47,261 bases of DNA from Candidatus Hydrogenedentes bacterium CG07_land_8_20_14_0_80_42_17 (GTDB taxonomy: Bacteria > UBA8481): contig PEWQ01000075.1 in the NCBI GenBank assembly GCA_002780065.1, positions 1-47,261 of the forward strand, in the 5' to 3' direction. Below are positions 34,499 to 45,516 of this stretch, piece after piece. Both the position numbers and the translations under genes were made by a program. Below the pieces are notes generated by a model that saw nothing but the letters and a program-made list of their open reading frames with translations, was not told the origin of the DNA and ran no database searches. Position 1 is the first letter of the stretch; the number at the start of each line of letters is the position of its first letter.

Positions 34499-36487
34499 AT
34501 GGTTAGGTTTATTGGTGCAGGTATCGGATTATTGATTCTTTGCTTTTCGGCAGGGGCATACGAAATTCCGACTGACTACGCTGAATATGAAATTTCAGCG
34601 ACAAGGTTGGAAGGATACAAATTGCCTTTATCGAGAACCGGCGCGGCGGTCACCGTCATTAGTCGAGAAGATATAGACAAAAGTGGAGTCACAACAATTC
34701 AAGAACTTCTTGAACGGCATGCCGGATTCAATATTTTTGATGAAAATGGAAATGAGCTCGAACATAAAGTTTCGATGAGAGGGTTCAAAGATGGAAATGA
34801 TATCGTCGTAGTGCTCGACGGAATGAGAATAAACGATCCAAATGGAAATTTTGTCGCATGGAATTTGATACCTTTGGAGTCAATCGATCGAATTGAAGTT
34901 GTGCGCGGCGGAGCTACTTCATTATATGGCCCGTATGCATTGTCAGGTGTCATAAAGATCTGGACTCGAAGAGGTAAAGAAACGAATGGAAGAATTACGA
35001 CAGGTATAAGTTCTCATGCAGGTCGAGATATGACAGTAAGTTGGGGATCAAGTACGGAACGAATCGACGGAAGCATCAATTCGACTGTGCGGCATGGAAA
35101 AGGATATAGAAATAATTCGGATTTTCATTACGAAGATCTTGGCGGAGAATTTGGAATTAGATTAGGTGACGGCAGATATGCAATTCAACTCCAGCGGCAC
35201 GAGGATAAAGTCGGAAGAGCAGGTGAATTAACGGAAGGAGCCATGTTGAGTTCACGGCAACAGACAGTGAAGCCGCTTGATTACGGCGAATTTGACCAAA
35301 CACGAATCGGCCTGTCCGCTCAGCATCCGCTCTTTGAAGGTGAGTTGAATTTGAGATTCAATTACCGCGAAAGAGATAGATTGACTCATTCTACGTCAAT
35401 TATTTTCGGAAACAGAACATTGACCTCAGACGATCTTTTTTCAAGAGCAGGAGTAGTCGAATGGTCTCGAAAATTCGGTAATCACGGCATTTCTCTGCTC
35501 TATGACGAAAAATATGACAATACTCTTGCGATACAGAAGAACGCGGCTACGAATGCAATGATGACGAACCGCACAATTACAGAGCGGACAAAATCCGGCG
35601 CGGCGCGAATCGATCTTGCGCTTGGCTCCGATTGGACTCTGACCGGAACTGCTCGTTACGATAATTTTAGAATATCGAATCGAGATAATCTCGGAGATAC
35701 AACGGCGGATGGTATTCGTAAATTCGATGAGTTCTCGCCAGGAGGCGCGTTGATATGGCATCCCGAGCCTCTCGGAAGAGACGGAAAGTTTTTCGTTTCC
35801 GCATCGCGCGGATATAAACCTCCGAACATATTCGAGCTTTATGCGTTTCCACTATGGGGTTCGAACAAAAATCTCTCACCCGCAAAATCAAAAACTATGG
35901 AAGCCGGCATTTTTATCGACCGTGATAAATTTGATCTTGGAACGACTCTTTTTGAGATTGATATGAAAGACGAAATATATTACGACCCTGCGACAAACAT
36001 GAATCTGAATATTGCTAAGACCGAACGAAAAGGAATTGAAACTTATCTCGGAATCGAGCTCGGAAAAAATCTTTCTCTATCAAGCGAATTGACTTGGATT
36101 GCTGCCAAGACAAAATTAAATCCAACTGCACTCCAAACGGAAGGAAAGCATATTCCTCAGGTGCCCGGCTTTCAATCGAGCACTACTCTTTCATGGGAGC
36201 CTGGTCGCTATTCGCTTGCCGTCACTCACAGGCATGTCGGAAAACAATGGGTGGATTTCGATGATGACAACAACATGTTGCAATTACCGTCTTATGATCT
36301 ATTTGACCTTACAGCATCATATCGTCCTCGCGAGACTGTAAAACTTGAACTCGCTGTAAAAAATATAGGCGGAAAGAAATATGTTTCAAGAGGTATAGAT
36401 TCATTTGACGGTTTCTGGAATCCGACAGTTTATTACAATCCGTCGCCTGAGACAGAATACTATGGTTCATTGACTTGGGAATTCTAA
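34499..36487 (+). CDS. btuB: TonB-dependent cobalamin receptor
   Basis: Signal peptide, ISATR..VTVISREDI, IDRIEVVRGG plug domain, C-terminal WEF; under the B12 riboswitch. ATG 34499 after GAGGAG. Confidence 0.88.
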   Translation: MVRFIGAGIGLLILCFSAGAYEIPTDYAEYEISATRLEGYKLPLSRTGAAVTVISREDIDKSGVTTIQELLERHAGFNIFDENGNELEHKVSMRGFKDGNDIVVVLDGMRINDPNGNFVAWNLIPLESIDRIEVVRGGATSLYGPYALSGVIKIWTRRGKETNGRITTGISSHAGRDMTVSWGSSTERIDGSINSTVRHGKGYRNNSDFHYEDLGGEFGIRLGDGRYAIQLQRHEDKVGRAGELTEGAMLSSRQQTVKPLDYGEFDQTRIGLSAQHPLFEGELNLRFNYRERDRLTHSTSIIFGNRTLTSDDLFSRAGVVEWSRKFGNHGISLLYDEKYDNTLAIQKNAATNAMMTNRTITERTKSGAARIDLALGSDWTLTGTARYDNFRISNRDNLGDTTADGIRKFDEFSPGGALIWHPEPLGRDGKFFVSASRGYKPPNIFELYAFPLWGSNKNLSPAKSKTMEAGIFIDRDKFDLGTTLFEIDMKDEIYYDPATNMNLNIAKTERKGIETYLGIELGKNLSLSSELTWIAAKTKLNPTALQTEGKHIPQVPGFQSSTTLSWEPGRYSLAVTHRHVGKQWVDFDDDNNMLQLPSYDLFDLTASYRPRETVKLELAVKNIGGKKYVSRGIDSFDGFWNPTVYYNPSPETEYYGSLTWEF

Positions 36488-36507
36488 CTAAAGTTCAAAT
36501 TCATGAT

Positions 36508-36534
36508 GCAGGGGCGCGCCTATGTGTGCGCCCC
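36508..36534 (+). repeat. REP-like GC-rich hairpin between btuB and the tonB-like gene
   Basis: GCA-GGGGCGCGC-CTATGT-GTGCGCCCC. Confidence 0.55.
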
Positions 36535-36547
36535 GTTGGGATGAGAG

Positions 36548-37384
36548 ATGGAAGCAATTAGAGAAGATAAGGTTTTTATAATGACTCTCGTCGTCTCGGC
36601 AATTTTTCACGCATGCATTCTGGTATTTGCCGAAGTTCATGTTTCAAATACAACATTTCAAAATGAAATTAAAGTTTCATATTTGAAACTTCTTGATAAT
36701 GTGAAATTAGATTTGCCGAAGATAACAAAAAATAAAATTACTATGCAGGAAAAAGTTTATGTTCCTATTTCTGAAGCATATTCGGGTTTGACAGAAAAAT
36801 ATGCGAATTCGCCATCCGAACATGTACAGAACCTATCAGAAGATGAAATTCCTATTTTGCCTGCTGCGCAAAACATACCAGTGCCGGAACATGCCGTGCC
36901 GACTCTAACGCATGCATCTACAGAAGAACAACCTCCGACAGCTATTTCAGCAAATATTCATCCAATTGATTTGCAAAGAAGTTCAGGGGGCATAAGAGAA
37001 GTCGGCGCCGGTTTTCCTGAAAATACACCTGCGCCCTCAACTATTTCTCTTCCACAAATGGATAGGGGAAATGATGTAAAAAATATTCGAGGTTCAGAAC
37101 CAACTCCAGCCGAATATTTTGAGTATCGGGATTTAGTAGGTAAAATATTGAAGAGTAAGGCAGAGACTGTATTTCAGCGAGGAACTTACAACAACGGTTC
37201 GATCTCATTCAAAATAAATATTCTTCGAAACGGCAAGGTATTGATTAAAGAATTAGAATCTTCCGGAAAAGATATTGAAGAGATGCTCAGAGAAATATTA
37301 TCCGGCACAAGGCTTCCTGAAATACCAACCTTGCTTGGAGAAGAAGTTCCATTAGCATACAGATTCAGGTTTGTGATAAAATGA
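36548..37384 (+). CDS. TonB-like energy transducer (divergent C-terminal domain)
   Basis: TM with SAIFH (SxxxH) motif, Pro-rich linker, C-terminal GSISFKINILRNGKV..SSG..LPEIP..FRF. Confidence 0.7.
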   Translation: MEAIREDKVFIMTLVVSAIFHACILVFAEVHVSNTTFQNEIKVSYLKLLDNVKLDLPKITKNKITMQEKVYVPISEAYSGLTEKYANSPSEHVQNLSEDEIPILPAAQNIPVPEHAVPTLTHASTEEQPPTAISANIHPIDLQRSSGGIREVGAGFPENTPAPSTISLPQMDRGNDVKNIRGSEPTPAEYFEYRDLVGKILKSKAETVFQRGTYNNGSISFKINILRNGKVLIKELESSGKDIEEMLREILSGTRLPEIPTLLGEEVPLAYRFRFVIK

Positions 37385-38298
37385 AGAGAATATTTTCGCG
37401 CACCGCACATCCCTTTTTTATTCTTCTTTGCTCTTTATTTTTTATTTTGTCATGTTCAAAAGATAAAGCACCGCAGACTGAAGGTTATCCGAAAAGAATA
37501 GTATCTCTTGTTCCGTCTCTAACTGATGCTGTTATATTTCACGGAGCGGAAGATCGGCTTGTCGGCGTCAGCAAATTCTGCATTCCTGCAATTGAAAAAA
37601 GAAAATCTGTCGCAGTCATTAGTGATGCGCTTCGGGCAGATGCTGAAGCAATTGTAGCTCTCAAACCAGATTTGGTTTTAACTCATTCATGGCAGGATGA
37701 AAATATTCGAAAACAGTTGGAACGCGCCGGCATAAAGGTGATGATTTTGCCGGAGCCGGTAAGTCTTGGCGAAATAGCTCGAAATATTGAAACGGTTGGA
37801 ATAATTCTTGGAGACACCGAGTCGGCAAAAAAGCGAGTTGAAAAATGGAAAGACGATATTCGAAAAGTATTGGCCTTCGCGCCCAGTTCGGAGAGCCTCA
37901 GCTCGGAGAGCCCCAGCTCGGAGATCCGACATTTAAAAACCTACGTTCAAATCTATTCCCCCGGCAGGTGGACAATAGGAAAAAAAAGTTATCTTAACAA
38001 TATTCTTTTTGGTTTAGGGTTGGACAATATTTTCATAGACGAAGATTTTTCTTATAAAGAAGTTAACGATGAAAGCATCATAGATGCCGACCCTGAGTTG
38101 ATTCTATTTTTAGATGCTCATGATACAAGTTTAGCAAAAGATAAAGTGTTAGAGAAAACTTCTGCGGGAAGAAGCAATAATTTTGTATTTTTTTCAGATC
38201 GAGATATAACAATTCCCGGGCCGCGATTACTTGAGGCAATTATAAAGCTTAAAACAGAACTCGATAAAATCAGAAAAACGAATTCGAAACTTCCATGA
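37381..38298 (+). CDS. btuF: Cobalamin ABC transporter substrate-binding lipoprotein
   Basis: Lipobox ILSC, PKRIVSLVPSLTD, EAIVALKPDLVL, PGPRL. Confidence 0.88.
   Translation: MKRIFSRTAHPFFILLCSLFFILSCSKDKAPQTEGYPKRIVSLVPSLTDAVIFHGAEDRLVGVSKFCIPAIEKRKSVAVISDALRADAEAIVALKPDLVLTHSWQDENIRKQLERAGIKVMILPEPVSLGEIARNIETVGIILGDTESAKKRVEKWKDDIRKVLAFAPSSESLSSESPSSEIRHLKTYVQIYSPGRWTIGKKSYLNNILFGLGLDNIFIDEDFSYKEVNDESIIDADPELILFLDAHDTSLAKDKVLEKTSAGRSNNFVFFSDRDITIPGPRLLEAIIKLKTELDKIRKTNSKLP
37882..37926 (+). repeat. In-frame 15-bp tandem repeat x3 (PSSES/LSSES/PSSEI)
   Basis: CCCAGTTCGGAGAGC CTCAGCTCGGAGAGC CCCAGCTCGGAGATC. Confidence 0.9.
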
Positions 38299-39302
38299 AG
38301 ATGCGGTATAAAGTTTATTTCGTACTGCTTGCCATTATCTGGATATTAGCCTTTTTTATATGTCTCAAAGTCGGCGCAATAGAAATGTCATGGAAAGAAT
38401 TCAGCAAGGCATTGATAAAAGGTTCAGATGAGGAGATAGTTAATACAATAATATTTAATCTCCGCCTGCCTCGACTATTGCTTGCCGCTTTGACAGGTGT
38501 GGCTCTTTCTATATCAGGACTGCTCTTTCAAGCTCTATTGAAAAATCCTCTTGCAGAGCCTTATATTCTTGGAATATCGGGAGGAGCCGGAGCCGGCATG
38601 ATGCTGGCTTTTGCTACAGGAATTAGTCCGATTCTTTTCGGATTTTCTACTTTGCCTTTATATTCTTTTTTAGGCGCGTTGATCACAATTATTTTTGTTT
38701 ATTCTTTCGCTGGCGGCCATAAAAACGAATTGCATGTCAATACGCTGTTGCTGGTAGGTATAGCTCTTCAAGCAATTCTCTCAGCATTTATCCTTTTCAT
38801 TCAGAATATTTTAGAGCCGATCGATATGGCACGCGCATTTGCAATAATAATGGGAAGGATTCCTTCACTGGAATGGGCTCAACTTTCATTTGTCTTTTTC
38901 GTTACGTTTCTTGGAATAATTCCAATCATACCTCTGGGAAGAAGTTTGAACGCGCTTAGTCTTGGAGATGAAAATGCTTTATCGGTTGGAATAAGCGTTG
39001 AAGGAATGAAACGTCTGATCTTTTTAATCGCATCGCTTCTGACAGGATCTTTCGTTGCTTTCACAGGGATCATAGGATTCGTCGGAATCATCGTTCCTCA
39101 CATTGCCAGACTCATTTTCGGAGCAGACCACAGAAGATTGATACCTGTATCTATTATTGGAGGTTCTTTATTTTTGATGGTTTCGGATACTCTTGCCAGA
39201 ACAATCTTTTCACCGACGGAATTACCTGTTGGAGTTTTAACGGCAATCATTGGCGGTCCATTCTTTTTATTTTTACTTGCCAGAGACGGTAAGAAAAGAT
39301 GA
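38295..39302 (+). CDS. btuC: Cobalamin ABC transporter permease
   Basis: LRLPRL, KNPLAEPYILGISGGA, GFVGIIVPH, ELPVG. Confidence 0.9.
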   Translation: MKMRYKVYFVLLAIIWILAFFICLKVGAIEMSWKEFSKALIKGSDEEIVNTIIFNLRLPRLLLAALTGVALSISGLLFQALLKNPLAEPYILGISGGAGAGMMLAFATGISPILFGFSTLPLYSFLGALITIIFVYSFAGGHKNELHVNTLLLVGIALQAILSAFILFIQNILEPIDMARAFAIIMGRIPSLEWAQLSFVFFVTFLGIIPIIPLGRSLNALSLGDENALSVGISVEGMKRLIFLIASLLTGSFVAFTGIIGFVGIIVPHIARLIFGADHRRLIPVSIIGGSLFLMVSDTLARTIFSPTELPVGVLTAIIGGPFFLFLLARDGKKR

Positions 39303-40081
39303 GCGGCAAGATGCTGGAGCTGAACAATATTTCTTTTCAATATTATACAGGCTCTTTTTCAGTTGAGGCGGAATTAGTTGCGCGCAAAAGCGAATTAACA
39401 GTTATTGTAGGTCCGAACGGCGCAGGAAAATCGACAATACTTAAACTTGCCGCCGGATTGTTAAAGCCGTCTGCCGGAAAAATATTTCTTGAAGCAAAGA
39501 AGTTATCTGTAATGAGCCGAAAAGAAATTGCTTCTAAACTTGCGTATATTCCGTCAGAGACAAATTCAGTATTTGAATTCACAGGTCGCGAGATTGTCGA
39601 GATGGGAAGATATGCCAGAAAAGCTCCATTCGAACCCATGAACGAATCTGATCAGCGTGCGATCGAAAACGCGCTCGCGATGGTTGACGCTTCAGAATTA
39701 GAGAATCGCGATTTCAGAAATTTATCCAGCGGAGAACGCCAGAGAATAATGCTTGCAAGAGCAATTGCTCAAGAAGCGAATTGGCTGCTTTTTGACGAGC
39801 CAACAGTTCATCTCGATATAAAGCATCAAATCGAGTTTTTTAAACTTCTCAAAAAATTCGCTGTTTCTGAAAACAAAGGGCTGATTGTTGTGACTCACGA
39901 AATAAGCATAGCATCCATATTTGCCGACAGTGTTGCAGTAGTATCAAATGGCCGAGTCATAAGGTCAGGTTCAAGAGAAATACTTTTCGACAAAAAACTT
40001 CTCTTCGAGATATTCGGAGTGAATTTCGAATTCATAAACATTCATGGAAACAAAGTTCTTTTTCCACAGGCTGGAATTTAG
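39299..40081 (+). CDS. btuD: Cobalamin ABC transporter ATPase
   Basis: GPNGAGKST, LSSGERQR, DEPTVHLD. Confidence 0.88.
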   Translation: MSGKMLELNNISFQYYTGSFSVEAELVARKSELTVIVGPNGAGKSTILKLAAGLLKPSAGKIFLEAKKLSVMSRKEIASKLAYIPSETNSVFEFTGREIVEMGRYARKAPFEPMNESDQRAIENALAMVDASELENRDFRNLSSGERQRIMLARAIAQEANWLLFDEPTVHLDIKHQIEFFKLLKKFAVSENKGLIVVTHEISIASIFADSVAVVSNGRVIRSGSREILFDKKLLFEIFGVNFEFINIHGNKVLFPQAGI

Positions 40082-40161
40082 ATTCTAACAATTCTTTTGA
40101 AGAGACAGTTCTATATGATACTATTCATCGACTTTTTCATTACAACAAATCGGAGAGAACG

Positions 40162-41265
40162 ATGAAGGCACGCCCAAAAGCGTTACTCGCTCTGGAAGAC
40201 GGAACCGTCTTTCAGGGAAGATCGATAGGAGCAAGCGGCTCCACCAGCGGAGAAATTGTCTTCAATACGTCTCACTGCGGTTATCAGGAAATTCTTACAG
40301 ATCCTTCCTATTGCCGGCAGATTGTTGTTATGTCATTTCCTTTGATTGGGAATTATAGTTTCGAAGTTGAGGACCAAGAATCGGAAAGAATACAGGTTGC
40401 GGGCTTTGCAGTTACGGAATCGGCAGGCATAACCTCCTCAAGCGGTTCTTCTCTTAATCTTCATGAATATCTCGAACGAAACGGAGTTGTCGGAATAGAA
40501 AATATCGATACGCGGGCAGTTGTCCGGCACGTTCGAAGCAAAGGCGCAATGCGAGCTGTAATTTCAGCATTGTATGAAGAACAAAAATCTTTAATAGAAC
40601 GGGCAAAGTCGATTCCACCGATGAAAGGTTCTAATTTGGTTGATGAGGTATGCTCATATCCTTCAAGAGAATATCTTCAAGTAAATGCCGGCGGCAGAAT
40701 TCCAATTGCGCTCATGGACTTCGGCGCAAAGCAAAGTATTATTAATTCATTAATTCAGCGTGACTGCAAAGTTATGATCTTTTCAGCGAGGACCTCAGCT
40801 GAGGAAATTTTGAAATCAAAACCGGCTGGCATTATACTTTCAAATGGGCCCGGAGATCCTGCGGCATTAAATGAAATCATAAGCGAAATTAAAAAATTTA
40901 TCGGCAAACTTCCGATTTTCGGAATTTGTTTAGGACATCAATTACTCGCACTTGCGGCAAACGCAAATACATATAAGCTCCCATTCGGTCATCGCGGCGG
41001 CAATCATCCGGTTATCGATCTCAAAACAAATTCAATCTCTATCACAAGTCAGAATCACGGGTTTGCTGTCGACGAAGAAAGTCTGCCGAAAAATGTTGAA
41101 GCGACAGAACGAAATCTTTACGACGGAACTAACGAAGGAATTAGTTTAACCAACACACCTGCTTTTTCTGTTCAATATCATCCTGAAGCGCGGCCTGGTC
41201 CAAGAGAAAGTGCAAAACAATTTGATAAATTTTTAAAGATGGTAAAAGAGTTCAATCATGCCTAA
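40162..41265 (+). CDS. carA: Carbamoyl-phosphate synthase small subunit
   Basis: [31 protein letters not shown]. Confidence 0.97.
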   Translation: MKARPKALLALEDGTVFQGRSIGASGSTSGEIVFNTSHCGYQEILTDPSYCRQIVVMSFPLIGNYSFEVEDQESERIQVAGFAVTESAGITSSSGSSLNLHEYLERNGVVGIENIDTRAVVRHVRSKGAMRAVISALYEEQKSLIERAKSIPPMKGSNLVDEVCSYPSREYLQVNAGGRIPIALMDFGAKQSIINSLIQRDCKVMIFSARTSAEEILKSKPAGIILSNGPGDPAALNEIISEIKKFIGKLPIFGICLGHQLLALAANANTYKLPFGHRGGNHPVIDLKTNSISITSQNHGFAVDEESLPKNVEATERNLYDGTNEGISLTNTPAFSVQYHPEARPGPRESAKQFDKFLKMVKEFNHA

Positions 41266-44200
41266 ACGAAAAGACATTTCATCAATTCTTATTATCGGAG
41301 CAGGCCCCATTGTTATCGGGCAAGCATGTGAATTCGATTACTCCGGCACTCAGTCTGCGAAGGCTCTGAAGCAAGAAGGCTACAGAGTTATTTTAGTGAA
41401 CTCGAATCCCGCAACAATTATGACAGATCCATCACTTGCAGATTCCACTTACATAGAACCGATGACTCTGGAATCTTTAGAACGAATTATCTCCATTGAA
41501 AAACCTGATGCTCTTCTTCCGACAATGGGCGGGCAGACTGCGCTGAATCTCGCAAAGGATCTGTATGATTCAGGCATACTCGAACGTTACAACGTAAAGA
41601 TGATCGGAGCGGGAATTGAAGCGATTCGGCGCGGTGAAGATAGAGAAGCATTCAGAGAAGTCTGTAGAAAAGCCGGAATAGAAGTTCCAAGAGCAGAGGT
41701 TGCAAAATCAATTGAAGACGGTTTGCGCATTGCAAATGAGCTCGGTTATCCTGCAGTATTGAGACCGGCTTTTACGCTAGGCGGCACAGGTTCTGGAATT
41801 GCAGAGAATGAGTTTGAATTGCGAAACATGCTTTCGCTCGGGCTGATTGCATCACCGGTCCACGAGGTTTTGATCGAGGAATGTCTGATAGGCTGGAAAG
41901 AATTCGAGCTTGAGGTAATGCGTGACGGAGCGGACAGATGCGTTGTAATCTGCACGATCGAGAATGTGGATCCGATGGGAGTTCACACAGGCGACTCAGT
42001 CACTGTTGCGCCAGCTCTTACACTTTCAGACCGGCTGTATCAGATTATGCGCGATGCGGCTTTTGCAGTACTCCGCGGCGTTGGAGTTGAAACTGGAGGT
42101 TCCAACGTTCAGTTTGCAGTTCATCCTACAAGCGGAAGAATGGTTGCTATCGAGATGAACCCTCGTGTCTCCAGGTCGTCGGCGCTTGCATCAAAAGCAA
42201 CAGGTTTTCCGATAGCAAAGATTGCGGCTCTGCTTGCTGTCGGATATCTTCTCGATGAAATAGAAAACGATATTACTAAAAGAACCAAAGCCGCATTCGA
42301 ACCTGCGTTAGATTACGTAGTGACAAAAATTCCAAGATTTGCTTTCGAGAAATTTAAAGAGGCTGATGAAACATTGACAACTTCGATGAAATCCGTCGGA
42401 GAAGTAATGGCCATCGGAAAAAATTTTCTTGAGTCTATGCAGAAAGCTTTGCGCGGGCTTGAAATAGGCAGAAACGGGCTTGCGGCTGACGGAAAGGGCC
42501 TAGATGGGATTTGCAGAAAATTGCGTAATAGGGACGTTAATGATCCTGAACGCAAAGATTTTTTACGAGAAGTTGTCTATAAACTCGAAACGCCGAATTG
42601 CGATAGATTGTTTAATATTAAATATGCGCTGATGCTGGGAATAAAAACCGAAGAGATATCAAGGCTCACAAAAATTGATAGATGGTTCATTGCTCAAATC
42701 GAACGGCTCGTAGAATTCGAAAAAGATATAGAAAATAATAAATCGCTCAACACAGAACTTTTAAAAGAAGCCAAACGCCTCGGCTATTCTGATTTTCAAA
42801 TTGCATTTCTTACGGGCAGGACTCCGGATGAAATCCGCACCGATAGAATCAAAGACGGGCTTCTGCGAGTTTACAAATGCGTAGATACATGTGCTGGGGA
42901 GTTCGAAGCGCAGACGCCGTATTATTACGGAACGTTTGGAGATGAATGCGAGTATCGAAATTCAGAGCGGGAAAAAGTTATAATCTTTGGAAGCGGTCCG
43001 AATAGAATCGGACAGGGAATCGAGTTCGACTGTTGTTGCTGTCACGCAGTGGATGGACTTCGTAAAGATGGATACGAAGTCATTATGGTCAATTCAAATC
43101 CTGAAACTGTTTCGACAGACTACGACACTTCGGATCAGCTATTCTTTGAACCTGTCGTTGTTGAGGATGTTCTCGATATTTGGGAGACTACGCAGGCGAA
43201 ATCGGCAATAGTGACAATCGGCGGGCAAACTCCGCTTTCAATTGCGCGAGGCATCGAGAAGCGCGGCGTCAAAATAGCAGGGACAAGTACTGCATCAATT
43301 GACCGAGCTGAAGACAGAGAACTTTTTGCTGAACTTATAAGAAAACTCAATCTTCGCCAGCCGGCAAACTGCACGGTTATTTCTATCGACGAGGCTAAAA
43401 AAGCCGCTGAAGAGATCGGATATCCTGTTCTTCTTCGTCCGTCTTACGTTCTGGGCGGACGGGCAATGCAGGTTGCTAGATCTGAAAGCGAACTGAAAGA
43501 GCTTGCTGAAGAAGCGCTAGAAGCTTCCGAAGGAAAACCGCTTTTAATCGATGAGTATCTTGAAGGCGCAATTGAAGCCGATGTCGATGCAGTTTGTGAT
43601 CGAAAACGAACAATCATTGCAGGTGTCATGGAGCATGTTGAGCCTGCCGGAATTCATTCAGGAGATTCAGCAGCATCATTTCCATTCTATTCTCTTCACG
43701 AAAATATTGTCAGCGAAATGAAAGAGGCAACTCGGAAAATTTCGCAAGAATTAAAAGTTTGCGGATTGATTAATGTTCAATTTGCATTAAAAAATGAAAA
43801 AGTTTATATCTTGGAAGTCAATCCTCGCGCGTCAAGAACAGTTCCTTTTCTCGAAAAGGCAACAGGCGTGCTCTGGTCCGGCGTAGCGGCCAGAGTAATG
43901 ATGGGAAACACTTTGGATAAACTAAAAATCAATGACGGGAGCGGCCGTGGATTATATTTTGTAAAAGAAGTTGTGCTTCCGTTTAACCGATTCCAAAATG
44001 TTGATCCGGTATTGTCTCCAGAGATGAAATCAACCGGAGAAGTTATGGGAATAGGTAGAAGCTTTTCTGAAGCATATCTGAAAGCTCAGCTAGCGGCAGG
44101 CAACAAACTTCCAAAAAACGGTTCTGTTCTTATCACAGTTGCGAACAGAGATAAAAGTTCAGTGTTGGGGCTTGCGGAAAAATTGCTTGAACTTGGTTAT

Positions 44201-44509
44201 TCAATTCGCGCAACAAGAGGAACCGCAGAATATCTCAACAATCACGGAGTCAAAGCAAAATCATTAAGAAAAATTTCCGAAGGCTCTTCAGAAATAATAG
44301 ATGAAATTATTTGCGGAGAAATAGGGCTGGTCATAAATACGAGAAGCGACAGAATCGGAGCAGGCGACGCCAGAAGAATAGACCTCGCTTCGTTATCGCA
44401 TCAAGTGCCGGTCTATTCAACTGTCCGCGCCGCACAGGCGCTTGTCGATGCGCTGAAAATTTATTTATCGAGCGAGCCATTATTAATGAAACGAATGCAG
44501 GATTTGTAA
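41258..44509 (+). CDS. carB: Carbamoyl-phosphate synthase large subunit
   Basis: [43 protein letters not shown]-terminal MGS domain. Confidence 0.98.
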   Translation: MPKRKDISSILIIGAGPIVIGQACEFDYSGTQSAKALKQEGYRVILVNSNPATIMTDPSLADSTYIEPMTLESLERIISIEKPDALLPTMGGQTALNLAKDLYDSGILERYNVKMIGAGIEAIRRGEDREAFREVCRKAGIEVPRAEVAKSIEDGLRIANELGYPAVLRPAFTLGGTGSGIAENEFELRNMLSLGLIASPVHEVLIEECLIGWKEFELEVMRDGADRCVVICTIENVDPMGVHTGDSVTVAPALTLSDRLYQIMRDAAFAVLRGVGVETGGSNVQFAVHPTSGRMVAIEMNPRVSRSSALASKATGFPIAKIAALLAVGYLLDEIENDITKRTKAAFEPALDYVVTKIPRFAFEKFKEADETLTTSMKSVGEVMAIGKNFLESMQKALRGLEIGRNGLAADGKGLDGICRKLRNRDVNDPERKDFLREVVYKLETPNCDRLFNIKYALMLGIKTEEISRLTKIDRWFIAQIERLVEFEKDIENNKSLNTELLKEAKRLGYSDFQIAFLTGRTPDEIRTDRIKDGLLRVYKCVDTCAGEFEAQTPYYYGTFGDECEYRNSEREKVIIFGSGPNRIGQGIEFDCCCCHAVDGLRKDGYEVIMVNSNPETVSTDYDTSDQLFFEPVVVEDVLDIWETTQAKSAIVTIGGQTPLSIARGIEKRGVKIAGTSTASIDRAEDRELFAELIRKLNLRQPANCTVISIDEAKKAAEEIGYPVLLRPSYVLGGRAMQVARSESELKELAEEALEASEGKPLLIDEYLEGAIEADVDAVCDRKRTIIAGVMEHVEPAGIHSGDSAASFPFYSLHENIVSEMKEATRKISQELKVCGLINVQFALKNEKVYILEVNPRASRTVPFLEKATGVLWSGVAARVMMGNTLDKLKINDGSGRGLYFVKEVVLPFNRFQNVDPVLSPEMKSTGEVMGIGRSFSEAYLKAQLAAGNKLPKNGSVLITVANRDKSSVLGLAEKLLELGYSIRATRGTAEYLNNHGVKAKSLRKISEGSSEIIDEIICGEIGLVINTRSDRIGAGDARRIDLASLSHQVPVYSTVRAAQALVDALKIYLSSEPLLMKRMQDL

Positions 44510-44550
44510 TTAACTTAGTGTGAAGAGCTGACAGTTTTTGAGATATTCTC

Positions 44551-44564
44551 ATGTTCATGAACAT
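44551..44564. promoter_or_regulatory. Perfect 14-bp palindrome upstream of the CDF gene (candidate operator)
   Basis: ATGTTCATGAACAT is its own reverse complement. Confidence 0.45.
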
Positions 44565-44601
44565 ACTGGAATTTTTCTTGTTTCACTGATATGATTTTGA
44601 A

Positions 44602-45486
44602 ATGGAGAATAGCAAAAAAACTCGAGCTGTATTATTCGGAATAGTTTTAAATGCGCTTCTAGCCGCAATAAAAGCAACAGCAGGTATATTGGGAAACACG
44701 TATGCTTTGATTGCAGATGCTATCGAATCTACATCCGATATTATTCTCTCAATCATTGTTTTCAGTGGGATTCAGATTTCTGCAAGACCACCGGACAAAG
44801 AACATCCGTATGGTCACGGAAAAGCAGAACCTCTATCTGCGATCATTGTATCATTTTTTCTTGGAATTGCCGCGGTCTTCATAGCATCTCAAAGTATAAA
44901 AGAAATTATTACTCCTCACGGTTCACCAAAACCGTGGACTTTAATCGTTTTAGCACTTGTCATCGCAGTTAAAGAATCGTTATTCAGATTTGTTCTTCAA
45001 GTTGGAGAGGAAGTTGAAAGCACTGCTGTAAAGGCTGACGCATGGCATCACAGAAGTGATGCAATAACTTCTCTGGCCGCATTTATTGGCATTTCAATCG
45101 CGCTTGTTGGCGGAGAAGGCTTCGAGGCCGTAGATGACTACGCTGCGCTTTTTGTATCTTTCATTATTCTTATAAATGCCTTTCTTCTTGTTAGACCTGC
45201 TATCAGTGAAATAATGGATGAAGCTCCGCCGCCTGAAATCGAAGAAAGAGTCAGGGAAACTGCGGGCAATGTCGTTGGAGTAGCCGGAATAGACAAATGC
45301 TTAATTAGAAAAACAGGCAAAAATATTTTTGTCGATATTCATGTCGAAGTTCCAGGAGTCACCAGCGTTTTTGAAGGGCACAAAATTGGACATAGAGTTA
45401 AAGATGCGCTTCGAAAAAATGATTCCAGAATCGTTGATGTATTGGTTCACATTGAACCCCATGAAGAGAATACAAAACCTTTGTAG
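44602..45486 (+). CDS. Cation diffusion facilitator (FieF-like)
   Basis: ALIADAIES, HPYGHGKAE, ADAWHHRSD, LVHIEP. Confidence 0.95.
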   Translation: MENSKKTRAVLFGIVLNALLAAIKATAGILGNTYALIADAIESTSDIILSIIVFSGIQISARPPDKEHPYGHGKAEPLSAIIVSFFLGIAAVFIASQSIKEIITPHGSPKPWTLIVLALVIAVKESLFRFVLQVGEEVESTAVKADAWHHRSDAITSLAAFIGISIALVGGEGFEAVDDYAALFVSFIILINAFLLVRPAISEIMDEAPPPEIEERVRETAGNVVGVAGIDKCLIRKTGKNIFVDIHVEVPGVTSVFEGHKIGHRVKDALRKNDSRIVDVLVHIEPHEENTKPL

Positions 45487-45516
45487 GATCATACTTGCCC
45501 CTACAAAGGTTTTTTT
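45474..45516. terminator. Shared hairpin spanning the stop codons of two convergent genes
   Basis: AAAACCTTTGTAGG (45474-45487) / CCTACAAAGGTTTT (45500-45513), a perfect 14-bp IR with a T run on the plus strand. Confidence 0.7.

Noticed and set aside
43020-43050. EFDCCCCH run in CarB
   Set aside because: Simple substitutions of the EFDYCCVH motif; no evidence of a new function.
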